From contig JASCQW010000001.1 in NCBI GenBank assembly GCA_030264375.1, positions 159,314,299-159,378,298 on the forward strand: 64,000 bases of DNA, in the 5' to 3' direction. Positions 1 through 11,119 of the stretch are shown in pieces. The position numbers were made by a program, and so were the translations under genes. Each line of letters starts with the position of its first letter. The stretch's first letter is position 1. The notes beneath the pieces were generated by a model. The model worked only from the letters and a program-made list of their open reading frames with translations, was not told where the DNA came from and ran no database searches. Origin of the DNA: Carcharhinus longimanus. Lineage: Eukaryota.

Positions 1-72
<72 letters not shown>
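1..72. repeat. Poly-C homopolymer
   Basis: 72 consecutive C at the window edge; the length may be a sequencing or assembly artefact. Confidence 0.9.
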
Positions 73-721
73 ACAAACGCGTGTATGCAAAGTGTTCTCA
101 TCATCAAACCTTCAATGTCCTATATTTCAGTCAGGACTGAAGGAAATAGTCATTCCTAATACATTCTGGAGCAGTAAATTTAGAATGGGTTGGATTTAAA
201 TTTATGGGATCCTCATTCCTCCACCGAAAAAGTTAGAGATGAGTCTGTTCCCTCCCCCCTCAACCTTCCAGCCACCACCGCTCCCTCCCACCCTCCCACT
301 CCACTACAGTGCCTGTAGACATTGAATTACTGTGGTAACCTCCATGAGTTCCATGGGGAACCTCTAAGTGATCTCCCAGTGAATACGAGTTCCTCTGATA
401 ATCGGCAATAGCCTGCCCAGTTGCAACTCAGCACCAAAATCCTTTAATAAGGCAGACACTGGGGTGGATTTACAGAACAGTTGTCCCGATTTGGACTTAT
501 GTACATATAACGTGGAGCTGTGGTTTGATTTTGCGTTTGACAATAAATACCATTGTTTTCCAGTTGGGATTCCTGAATTATTACAATGACCATTAGCCTG
601 TTAATTTATTTTATAGCTGAGACTTCTGCCTCCCCATTTGGAGAGGAAGTCCTACCTCTGAGAGCAACCAACTAATCAAATGGCCAACTTCCCTCCAGCC
701 CCAGTAGTGCCAGGGGGCATC

Positions 722-1027
722 CTAGAATCCCTACAGTGCAAAAGGAGGCCATTTGGCCCATCGAGTCTGCACTGAGCACAATCCAACCCAGGCCCGATAT
801 CCCACATATTTACCCTGCTAATCCCTGACGCTAGGGTCAATTTATCACAATCAGTCAACGTAATCCACACACCTTTCTTTGGACTGTGGGAGGGAACTGG
901 AGCACCTGGGGGGAACCCACGCAGGCACGGGGAGAATGTGCAGATTCTGCACAGATAGTGAACCAAGGCTGAAACTGAATCCATGTCACTGCACTGAGAG
1001 GCAGCAGTACTAACCACTGTGCCACAT
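722..1027 (-). mobile_element. HE1-type tRNA-derived V-SINE
   Basis: A/B-box head (GTGGCACAGTGGTTAG...GGATTCAGTTTC), central GTGGGTTCCCCC..CTCCCACAGTCCAAAG block and CR1-like tail CACTGTAGGGATTCTA. Confidence 0.85.
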
Positions 1028-1837
1028 TGACCACTATTGGGAATGCATCCAGTTCCCAACAGCGAGGAGCCACAGAGGGGGTGTTAAAGATAAGCCAGGG
1101 GAGAAAGTTTTGGTGGGGCCAGGCTAGCAGGCCTAGTCCAGGGGGCTAAGGGATCCAGGGTGGACAGAGTAGGAGCTGGAGGGAATATGTAGAGAGGTGG
1201 GAATACCTTGGCCTCCAATGGGCCAGTTAAAGAGCAACTCACCCTTTCCTGCCAGCCCACACAATGAAAGGTACCATCTTGGACGCTTGGTGATGAGCCT
1301 CTTCTGCTGCAGCAGGATAGGGCCCTTAAGTGATGGAGGGGTCAGTAAAAGTCTGCCCAATGAAACCAAATGTGAATTTGACTTGTGTGTAAAAGCACTG
1401 ACTAATCTCTATTCCAGTGCACGAATATCCCTTGTGAACAGTGCAAACCTGAACTATAGCGAGTTTCTTGATTTAATCATTAGAAAGCAGNNNNNNNNNN
1501 NNNNNNNNNNNNNNNNNNNNNNNNNNNNNNNNNNNNNNNNNNNNNNNNNNNNNNNNNNNNNNNNNNNNNNNNNNNNNNNNNNNNNNNNNNAAAGCAGTTG
1601 AATGGACTGTGAGATGAATGGAAAACTGCTCCTAGGAGTTCCTATTTTCCTGCACATTTTGAAAAAGAAACAACCATTCCAGCGATACTACACGAAGGGA
1701 CCAATTTCAGGTGAGGAAGGCTGCTTTGAAAGTTTGCAATCTTGAAATTGACAGTTCGAATTTTGTTTTCTTGTTTCTAGCTGAACTCTCTCATTGTTCA
1801 GGGTTGAGAACTCCCTGATGTGCTGACACTAAATCAC

Positions 1838-1929
1838 AGGGCACGATCTTACTGTCCATTCATGCCACGCTCCCGCTGCAGCTGGCTGGGAAAATCCCGC
1901 TGGCATGAACAGTGGGAAAATCCCAGCCT
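1838..1929. mobile_element. Short GC-rich MITE-like element (related to 33046-33181)
   Basis: Ends GGGCACGATCTTAC ... GGAAAATCCCAGCC; inverted relative to the 33046 copy. Confidence 0.55.
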
Positions 1930-1944
1930 CAGTGTCAATTTGAG

Positions 1945-2495
1945 GTTGCACACTCAACGCTGGGTCAACTGTGGGTCCGAGCCCCAATTCATGGCTTGAG
2001 CCTGGTCTGATACTCTAACACACTGGGGGAGGGACGCACCATCGAAGGTGCTGCCCTTTTGGATGAGATATTAAGCCAAGATTCTAACCGTCCTCACCAA
2101 AGGACATAAAAGATACCATTGAAATATTTTAATGAAGATCGGGGCCATATAGCTGGTCTCCACGTCAATATTTATCCATCAGCAACACCATGCACACAAA
2201 ATTCTGGTCATTTATCACCCTGCAGTTTGTGGGAGCTTGCAGTGAGTAAATTGTTTCGCTATATTTCCTGCGTTACAACAGTGACTTTGGGCAGGATTTT
2301 ACAGCCTCACTCAAGCGAGACCTGAAATTCCCACCTCTGGTCAATGGACATTTTCATTGTCCGCCCCCTGCCCGCTCCAATTCCCGGGCGGGCGGGGCGG
2401 TAGAATTACATTTCAAAAAGCACTTAAATGAGCGTAATAAGCTCCAGCACATCTTGTGTTCACTAAAGGCTCCATCTGAATGCAAATCTTTCCAT
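1945..2495 (+). mobile_element. Old DeuSINE-like element (AmnSINE1/SacSINE1 type), interrupted by a MITE
   Basis: GTTTGTGGGAGCTTGC...TTACAACAGTGACT/ACATTTCAAAAAGCACTT...AAAGGC...AATGCAAATCTTTC resembles the recalled AmnSINE1-type 3' region. Confidence 0.5.
2289..2408. mobile_element. MITE-like element with GGGCAGGATTTTAC terminus
   Basis: Clear inverted homologue of 38835-38957 and related to 6478-6588. Confidence 0.65.
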
Positions 2496-2556
2496 CTCGT
2501 CAAATAGGATTGCGATGCAAGCTATTCTGTGCATTTCACAAGGCAAAGAAAACTAG

Positions 2557-3085
2557 GAAACATAGAAGATAGGAGCAGGAGAAGGACATTAGGCCCTTCA
2601 AGATTGCTCTACCATTTGTCACGATTATGACTGATCATCCAACTCAATAGCCTAATTCTGCTTTCTCGCCATAACCTTTGATTCCGTTCGCCCCAAGTGC
2701 TACATCTAGCCACCTCTTGAATACGTTCAATGTTTTGGCATCAACTACTTCCAGTGGTAATGAATTCCACAGGGTCATTCCTCTTTGGGTGAAGAAATGT
2801 CTCCTCACCTTCATCCTAAATGGTCTAACTGAATCCTCAGACTGTGACCCCTGGTTCTGGAATCTCCCATCATCGAGAACATCCTCCCTGCATCCATCCT
2901 GTCTAGCCCTCTTAGAATTTTATAAGTAGCTATGAGATCCCCCCTCATTCGCCTGAACTCCAGTGAAAACAATCCTAACCGAGTCCATCTCTCCTCATAC
3001 ATCAGTCCCGCCATCCCTGGAATCAACCTAGTAAACCTTCGCTGCACTCCCTCGAGATCAAGAACATCCTTCCTCAGAAAAGGAA
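2557..3085 (-). mobile_element. CR1 LINE 3' fragment (ORF2 C-terminus and tail)
   Basis: Translates as LEGVQRRFTRLIPGM..YEER..LGLFSLEFRRMRGDLI. Tail CTCCTATCTTCTATGTTTC. Close copies at 61413 and 63472. Confidence 0.9.
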
Positions 3086-3974
3086 GGCAAGATGAGTTTA
3101 TGCAAAGAAACACATCATGTCTGCGCCTGATATGAAATGATTTAATGTTTTCTTTTTAAAAAAAAGTAACTTCACAAATGAAAATCATAATGGAATATTT
3201 GAACTTGTGTTAAGTACATTCTTGCTCCTGGTCCACCGGTTGCCAATGTAGCCTTCAGCTGAAGCTGGATATAACTTGCTGTTTAGTTTTTTTCAACGTT
3301 ATTTGAAGAAAGCCACATCAAGATTGAAAAATGAAAATGCATCAAGATGTTTTTTTTGCAATTTGCATATACTGGATTTGCAGCATCTAACAATTAGATG
3401 CAGATTATATTCTTTTCACAAGAAAGATATAGATAGCCTTTATGCTTGACAATAAATTATTTTTTATACTTTTTTAATTTTTTTTAAAAAACAAAAAAAT
3501 TCAGGAAAAAATGTGAAACATAGAACATATATTTTTTTCAGAGTTCATTTTACAAACAACATGGAACTAAATTCACTGAATGTCAGAAAGCTGTGATATA
3601 AATAATGAAAGTATTGCCATGATATTCACAGAGCGATACTGGAGAGTTTTCACAGGAATGCTTATTAATAATAACAGTTACAAGACAAATAAAGATCGCC
3701 AATACCAAAGCGAATCGCTTTGGTCCCATACATAGTTTTTATTTCTCTCCCTCCCCACACTCTCAGAAAAAAAAATCAAAGTGAGGGAGAACCAAAAACA
3801 AAATGCAGACAAATTGATGCGGGCGTGAAGTGTTGTCCGGTTTGAATGCAAAGTCTCGCTGCACTCTTGCAACTTATAGGTTTACCATTTGTAAGCCCAT
3901 CTGTCGGAAATGACCAATCAATAAGATCCAATCAGATTGGAACACATTTTCTTACTGTAGAAGTTTTAAGTCTA

Positions 3975-4243
3975 TCTATTAGTGTCACAAATAGGCTTAA
4001 ATTAACATGGCAATGAAGTTACCATGAAAGTCGCCTAGTCGCCACACTCCGGCGCCTGTTCGGGTACACTGAGGGAGAATTTAGAACAGCCAATGCACCC
4101 ANNNNNNNNNNNNNNNNNNNNNNNNNNNNNNNNNNNNNNNNNNNNNNNNNNNNNNNNNNNNNNNNNNNNNNNNNNNNNNNNNNNNNNNNAACCCGGGTCC
4201 AAGGCGCTGTGAGTCAGCAGTGCTAACCACTGTGCCACCATGC
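3975..4243 (-). mobile_element. V-SINE variant with an alternative (Rex1-like) tail, spanning a gap
   Basis: HE1 head at 4190-4243; tail ends ...GTGACACTAATA. Homologous to 41866-42175. Confidence 0.7.
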
Positions 4244-6279
4244 CCATTTCCAAACCCCCCCCCGCAACCCCGAACACCACCACGCTGCAAGCTTTAATAT
4301 TTCCCGCTCTGTTCGCTAAGTCAGATCCAGTGATTGTTTAAAAGGGGCCTTTTTGCCCGTGTCTAACTCTAAATGGTCCATCTGTTTAAACGGCACCTGT
4401 TTAGAACACTCTGTCCACAGTGCCAATGCTTTAATATGTCCTGGTGCCCTAACTTAAAATATCACCTAACAGTATGTGTGCCTCTAAATAATATAGCATG
4501 TAACTAACCAGCAGATACAGCAGTTCAAGAATATTTATGTTTTCTTTAAATAAGTGGATTGGTTATTAAGGAATATCAGTATACTGCTGAAAACTGTAGG
4601 GGTACAGTCAAAAGGTGTAAACAGTGTTAGTCTGAACCATGGCCCATTGTTGACATCTCATGCACATTTCTAAAAGGACAATTAGAACGTCACATGCATG
4701 TTTTCCCCGGTAGATTATACCATGCTCATTGTATGCCATAACACTTAATACTCAGGGCAATCATTTATACCTCAGTGCTGCTTCAACATTAGCAGATTGC
4801 AAACAGCGTAAACATGTGATGGGAAGCACCTCAACTAAATTCTCACAGCAGACTGTCGCAGCAACCCTACCCCACCCCCCCACTCCCCTCCTTCCCCACC
4901 CACCCCCGGCCAAAACAAAGAAAAACAGTCTTTGAATGTACCCCTACAGTTTTCAGTCTGTGCGACCCACCGCTTGTGTAAGGTCTCAAAGGGAAAAGGT
5001 TCACTTCACGACGTTGGCTAAGGAAGGCGGAGAACGGGCTCGGTGATTAAAGAAATCAAATCACGTTCATCTCCCGGGAGTGTTGTTTTGTCAGAAGCTG
5101 TGCCTGGGGAGAGGAGGCGGGGGGAGGGGGTGGCGCTCCTGGCGAGACTGGGACGATCGGTTCTCTGTTAACTGGCAGACATTTGTGTCTCAGTTTGGGG
5201 GGGGGAGGTGTTCAGGACAAATTTGAAATGATAGAGTCAGATCTCCGTTAATGCTTGTCCATTTTGATCTCTGACACCCTTAGCATCACCACATCCCCCC
5301 CACTTCCCCACCCACGAAACAAAACCACCTCTTTGCCATTTACAAAATCGAGTCATAGAGGTTTACAGCATGGAAATAGGCCCTTTGGCCCAACTTGTCC
5401 ATGCCGTCCTTCTTTGTTTAACCGCTAGGCTAGTCCCAATTGCCCCCGTTTGGACTCTGTCCCATCTTACCCATGTCACTGTCTAAAATAGAGGATACAT
5501 GCATCAGTTAAGCCATCAGCTAAAGTTTCCAAAGGTTTCGATCACCCTTGACGTGATCAGACATACAGAAGCGGGATCAGGAACGAAAGGAATGTTTAGT
5601 TCCACCAGATGCTTGAAATAGCTGTCGGATTCTTCCCCGCTGCCGATTGCAAAACTGCAGAAATTCCATTGGAGTGTTAACATTGCACAATCCTTCTGTA
5701 TTATTAACATGCACACAATGATGTAAAAAGACAACAGCATTCAAAGTAATGAAAACACAGGCTTGACAGCTTGAAGTGACAAGACACTCGAAGTTTCTGA
5801 CACATCTGTGTTGCGGTGACAGAATGAACTAGCGCTGATCATAATAAACATTCTATCGCAATTTTGAATAATTCAAATTTTCGGTTAAGTTCAGGGAACT
5901 GCTTTGATCATTTTTGACAGCCACACGTCCCTCTGGGTTTCCTTGCTCTTGACAAGAGTCGAGCTCTGCGATGTCTTTTGAAAGCAGAGGGTTATGGATT
6001 GAGAGTTCAGATGGCACACAGCTTTCTTCATACTGAAAGAGGAAACTGAATTGTTGCAGCTACGTTGACAGGACTGATAATGAAGTACACAATTAAACAG
6101 AAAAAAAAAGTTTATTTGAAAGAGGCTTTAAATGCGTCTGTTTCACAAACACAGGAAGATATCAGAAACTTTGTCCTTTTGCTGACTGCAGGTTCAATGC
6201 TGTGTATTTTGAACAGGTGTGGACTCTAATCTGCATCTCTAACAGCTTGTAAGTGTTGTGAACCCCCAACAAATTGATC

Positions 6280-6790
6280 ATAGGATCCCTACAGTGCAGA
6301 AGGAGGCCATTAGGCCCATTGAGCCTGCACCTAGTCTTCGACAGAGCATCTTAGAACCACAGATTCTCTACAGTGCAGAAGTAGGCCATTAGGCCTTCGA
6401 GCATGCTCCAACAACAATTCCACCCAGGCCCTTTCACCCAACCCCACATATTTATGCAGCTAATCCCCCTAACATTTTGACGGGATTTTCCAGCCATGCG
6501 CGCCCCAAGACCGGAAAATCCTGCCCCAGGTCAATGGACCTTTGCATGGTCTGGGAATCGTAGTGGGCCGGATGGGAAAATTCCATCCTAAAGGTCAATT
6601 TAGCATGGCCAATCAACCTAACCTGCACCTATTTGGACTGTGGGAGGAATCCGGAGCACCGGGAGGAAACCCACGCAGACACGGGAAGAACATGCAAACT
6701 CTACACAGACAGTGACCCAAGGCAGGAGTTGAACCCAGATCCCTGGCACTGTGAGGCAGCAGTGCTAACCACTGTGCCACCGTGCCGCCC
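6280..6790 (-). mobile_element. HE1-type V-SINE with duplicated tail and a nested MITE (6478-6588)
   Basis: Full head and V-domain at 6589-6790; tail motif present twice (about 6285 and 6365). Confidence 0.85.
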
Positions 6791-7859
6791 AAATGATGTT
6801 GCCACACCCCCATCACAGTTTCCACATCCCGTGTCAGTTCAATGAAAGTAAAGGTTTTATGACATGGAGGCCTATTCCCGCAGCAGCAGATGCCACAAAG
6901 GAAGATGGTGACAACTAGAATGTATAACAGATTGTTCTAAATCGTCAGAAAGCCATTGCAAAACTCTCATGCAGAGGGCAACAGAATCCTTCCATCAAAA
7001 CTTCTCCGCCTACTGCAATCTGCTTGCTCTTAGCCAGCGTCCTACGCTCTGCGACTGGCACAGGGAAGACATTGAGTCAAGTTGAGTGACTCGCTCCCTC
7101 ACCTTTCCTTGCCAAGACCTTCCAACCTAGTTCCAAGCGGTGACTCCTCTGATTTGTGTGGTTGGAAAGCTCCTCCAAGCGATGCAGGGAGGTGCAGATG
7201 AGAGCTACACTGAGTCAAAAGGCCTGGTTCAAAAGGGACAATAGGGTGTTGGTTTCCCCAAGAAGTTGCACTATTTGCAAAGTACAATGTGACCCTACAA
7301 AAACGCCAAGAATACTGATACCACTTTTTGAAAGCAAGCCGTTTCAATGAACTAATTTTGAGCAAACACATTGAACAACTTCACTGATCAGACACTCAGA
7401 GGGAACACACTCCCTTTCGAAGAATCCTCAGGCAGCTCCACTTTCAAATCATGAAGTTTGTAGCATGCTTGTGAGAGACTTCCTCGATAATGGCACTCAC
7501 AGATTCTTGTGTTTTTTTTCTGGCTAAGCCCCACTTCTGGTCTCTTTTTAATCGGGAGATTTGCTTAAGCTCATAACCCATCGGTTCCCATCCAAAAGCA
7601 CAGCAGTGAAGCATTACTGAACGAGCAGATCAAAGTGATACATCTCCTTCATCCCTATACATGATGTGTGTGCGTGTGTGTGTGTGGGTTTCGCTCTCAT
7701 CACCTCCCCCTCCCACCGACCTCCTGTTGTCGACAATGAACTCGCCAGAATCCAAACTCCACCCCCCAGGAAAATTACCCTCCTTTCTTGGGACGTTCCT
7801 TTGCTCATCAGAAGGTTTGGTAGCAGGTACCAGGAAACGGCAACTGATGTGCTAACTCC

Positions 7860-8121
7860 TTTTTCAGCATAAAGTAACATGAAGGCACCGTTGATATCTT
7901 TCTGTGTTAAAATACTGTAAAAACGCTACATATGGCACATTAGTATTGTGAATGCTAACTTTTTTTTTTACATATATATATTTTAATCTATAAAAACTTG
8001 TAGACTTTCTACTAGCTGCAAGGTTCTTCTGCTAAAATAAAATAAAATGTTTAATTTAAAGTAAAGTATCCGGAGTACTTCATTATATAAAATAAAGTTT
8101 TACTGGTGCACCTATGTATTT
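7860..8121 (-). promoter_or_regulatory. NRG1: Proximal NRG1 3'UTR: AU-rich block with clustered miRNA seed matches and ATTAAA hexamers
   Basis: Directly follows the stop. Minus-strand ATTAAA at 8050-8055 and 7982-7987. Seed matches GTGCCATA, ATGTAGC, CAGTATT and GTGCCTT lie within 7882-7938. Confidence 0.75.
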
Positions 8122-8761
8122 TTAGACAGCAATTGGGTCCTGATTAGCAATTACATTGGACAGCCTGACTTGTAACTCTTCCTGTGTAGAGTACCTATTG
8201 GTGGAGTTAGTCCTGTTTTCAGCCAATCGGTATGCAGGGGCTGATTCTACGCTCGTTGCCATGGCGTTCTGTATGCTCAGAAAGGGTGTCTCTTCCCCTA
8301 TTCGTTCATCTTCAGTCTCACTGTCAGAGCTACAGCTCTCGGAGCTTGGATTGCCCTCGCTCTCCATTCTGTGTGAAATGTGGCCATTAGCCTTTGTTCT
8401 TTTCCCTTTCCTGCTGCTGGCCCCTTTCTTGGGCGACTCGAGGGCCGGCTCGTACTCCTGCGTGGTCTCGTACTCGTCGTCCTCGGCCACCCTCAGCGGG
8501 CTGGCCGGGATGCTGCCACTGTCCTTGATGGAGTTGCGGTACTGCTTGTAAGGGTCCTGCCTCTTCTCCCGTGGCCGAGGAGGGGTTATCAGAAGCAGAG
8601 GCCTCTCCTCCTCGATTAAGGGGCTTATGGCCACCGATGGCATGGATATAGTCAGGCTAGAGACCGGCGGCGACATCTCTGAATCGGGCGACTTGGGGGA
8701 CATTGGGGTCCTGAAGTCCACTGGCGACATTCTGGCCGGGGTGGTCATGGCAGAGACAAAC
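8122..8761 (-). CDS. NRG1: Terminal exon, a-type cytoplasmic tail: FVSAMTTPARMSPVDF...EYETTQEYEP...LSNVIANQDPIAV*
   Basis: attacag|GTTTGTC acceptor; TAA at 8122-8124. The ORF ends in the diagnostic NRG1 C-terminus ANQDPIAV. Confidence 0.97.
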
Positions 8762-8894
8762 CTGTAATGTAATAACAGCACCAGTGAAGATGGCAACAAC
8801 AAAAAAAGAAATTCCTTTATACAAAGGATTCTCTGTCCCTTTACTGGAGATAAGATCCATTCTGTTGGCGAGCGTAAGCTATATGAATATATTA

Positions 8895-9190
8895 AGCCCA
8901 CCAACACCTCTGCTTTCTCAGAAGACTAAGGAAATTTGGTATGTCCACTACAACTCTGACCAACTTTTACAGACGCACTATAGAAAGCGTTCTTTCTGAC
9001 TGTATCACAGCTTGGTATGGCTCCTGCAGTATCTAGGACTGCAAGAGACTACAAAAGGTTGTGAACGAAGCCCAGTACATCACATAAACCAGCCTCCCAT
9101 CCACTGACACTGTCTACATTTCCCGCTGCCTCGGAAAAGCAGCCAGCATAATTAAGCACTCCGAACATACTCTATTCCACCTTCTTCCCC
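8895..9190 (+). mobile_element. Rex1/Babar-type LINE RT C-terminal fragment (degenerate)
   Basis: Translates as FLRRLRKFGMSTTTLTNFYRRTIESVLSDCITAWYGSCS*DCKRLQKVV, with in-frame stops. Confidence 0.75.
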
Positions 9191-9699
9191 AGGTGCCTTC
9201 CATATTCACTCTCCACTCTCCATTCCAAATCATGTTAAACCATGGCCCAGCCAACTCACCCCACTGTTCCCTTCCAGCCCCCATGCCAACTCATAGCCTT
9301 TCCATTCCCATTCACCCAGTATACACCCTATATATAACATGGTTACTATACATGCCATTGTATAGTAACAATGGCATTAGCAGAACTGCTCAGAAAACAA
9401 AACAAAACTGATGTCTCTGCAACTGTATAAAAGTGTCAATCAGACAAAACATTAAAGTATCAATAATAAAGGTTTCAAACATTTTGAACCTCTTAATCTT
9501 GGGCAAATAAACATTTTGACTGTGACAAAAGAGAAATAACTTATTATGACCCCTTAAAAATGCCAATCAAGCAACAATAGTTCTCTCCAGTCGTCAAATC
9601 CCTACTAAGATAATGTTTTTATGCATCTGGGCTCGCAGCCTAAGCATGTATAACAAGGACAGGAATTAGAACTCTTTTACGTCGAATTGGATAGTTCCC

Positions 9700-9846
9700 C
9701 CCTCAAAGCTCCTCGCAATGTTTCTTGATCCAAGTAGGACAACTCCAGCTTTTCCAACCTAAACTTGTAGATGAAATCCTGCATGCACAGAACCATTCTG
9801 GTAAATCTCCTCTGTACCCTGTTAGGGACACTCACATCCTTCCTAA
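9700..9846 (-). mobile_element. CR1 LINE fragment
   Basis: Minus strand AGGAAGGATGTG...GGGTACAGAGGAGATTTACCAGAATGGTT...GGAAAAGCTGGAGTTGTCCT. Confidence 0.65.
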
Positions 9847-9877
9847 TGTCCAAATTGTTGGATCAGAAATCAAGCCT

Positions 9878-10034
9878 TCAGTTAATTGTGTCTTGATCCG
9901 TTAATAGTTTTTGGGAATGTGTGGAACTGCAAGCTGATATCATCCTTCTGAATTTGGTGACACAGCCATTTGCTCTTGGGACAGCAATTGAATCCTGATT
10001 AGCAACAACATTGCTCAACTTGGAAGAGGTCTTT
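9878..10034 (-). other. Candidate alternative terminal exon or degenerate duplicate of the a-tail end: (R)KTSSKLSNVVANQDSIAVPRANG...QDTIN*
   Basis: ctgtcccatctgttcccacag| acceptor, in frame with the donor at 10691. Positions 9980-10013 match 8125-8158 at 30/34 nt. Confidence 0.5.
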
Positions 10035-10690
10035 CTGTGGGAACAGATGGGACAGTTCAGACTGTGTTCAAATCCATCAGAGACTGACAGGAATGAGAGT
10101 CTTTGCTACTCATTTCATGGGTATGGAGTGAACTTGTAGTCCAATTCCTGATATGTGTGACAGATTTTTAATTTATGCTAATTACTGAACTCAAAGAGGT
10201 CAGAGGGCTGGCGAATGTGAGACATGTTAGTGGGCTGCCAGGATTGTGGTCTTCTGAGGTTGGAGAAGATTACAAGGAGAATTTGCATCTTTCACAAATA
10301 CCCAAGAGAGTGAAGAGTTGGACACTGCATCCAAAATACAGCACTTCCTACACTGAAGCAGAGTCAGCTTCGATAATGAGTACAAGCCTCTGGAATAATC
10401 CATGATTTTTGACTCAAAGGCACAAGACCTAATACCTGAGCCAAGACTGGCACATCTTAAGAGTTGTGCAGGTTACAGCCATGCCCTCGGTCCCTACAAT
10501 TGCATTCAGATCTCCGTCTACGGTCAGGGCAATAACCTCACTCCCTACTGACTAAGCTGTGCCATTAATCTCACCTTCCAGCCAAACATCCCTTCCCAGT
10601 TAAAGTTTTGTCCTCTGTTACTATTATACCTTATACCCGTACACTCAGTTATTACAGCCACAAAGTACAAAAATAGCTGCGGGGCCTTAC

Positions 10691-10894
10691 CTTTCGCTAT
10701 GCGGTGAATCTCGGAGAGAGTCCGGAGTGTCTCTCGAGTTCCTCACACAGATAAGCATCTCTCGCCGACCTGCCACACCGTTGAGTCGCCCTCGGTGATT
10801 GATTGGGCTGGTGTGCCTGCTGGTTTCTACTGAAGAAGTTACAAGCACGGAGGGGCTGTCTGAGATGACACTTTCCGTTTGGCCTGTACTCCAA
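10691..10894 (-). CDS. NRG1: Cytoplasmic exon 3: WSTGQTESVISDSPSVLVTSSVETSRHTSP...RDSPHSE(R); read-through gives the c-tail ending PHSER*
   Basis: ggccacag|TTGGAGT...GAAAG|gtaagg; 204 bp, phase 2-2; contained in ORF 10687-10956. Confidence 0.94.
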
Positions 10895-11119
10895 CTGTGG
10901 CCGACACAAAGAGAAACATCTTTAAATCCCTGAGTCAGGTTAACTGTGGAAAGCACTCAGCCAACATTTTTATTTTCACAGAGGGAGATCTTCAGCTTCT
11001 TCCCAGCTGTAATTGGCACCACACCTTTGATTTTAAAGAATAATTATCCTTTTGTCTAAGTTATTGAGACACATCGTTATAGGAGAAGCAAGGGGCTTCA
11101 GCAATATTTTATGTTCTTA

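Noticed and set aside
1-72. Poly-C/G tract as a functional G-quadruplex
   Set aside because: A pure homopolymer at the window edge of a gappy assembly; its length cannot be trusted.
2811-3113. CR1 ORF fragments as functional RT genes (also 27026-27478, 43270-43647, 50543-50872)
   Set aside because: 5'-truncated and frameshifted remnants under 600 bp.
8156-8619. Plus-strand ORFs of 131 and 79 aa
   Set aside because: Antisense shadows of the GC-rich terminal exon.
8762-8907. N-terminal 49 aa of the 261-aa ORF
   Set aside because: Intron read-through upstream of the acceptor at 8762-8763; no NRG similarity.
8762-10690. Orthologue of the mammalian b-tail exon (HNLIAELRRNK...)
   Set aside because: I saw no similar peptide in this intron.
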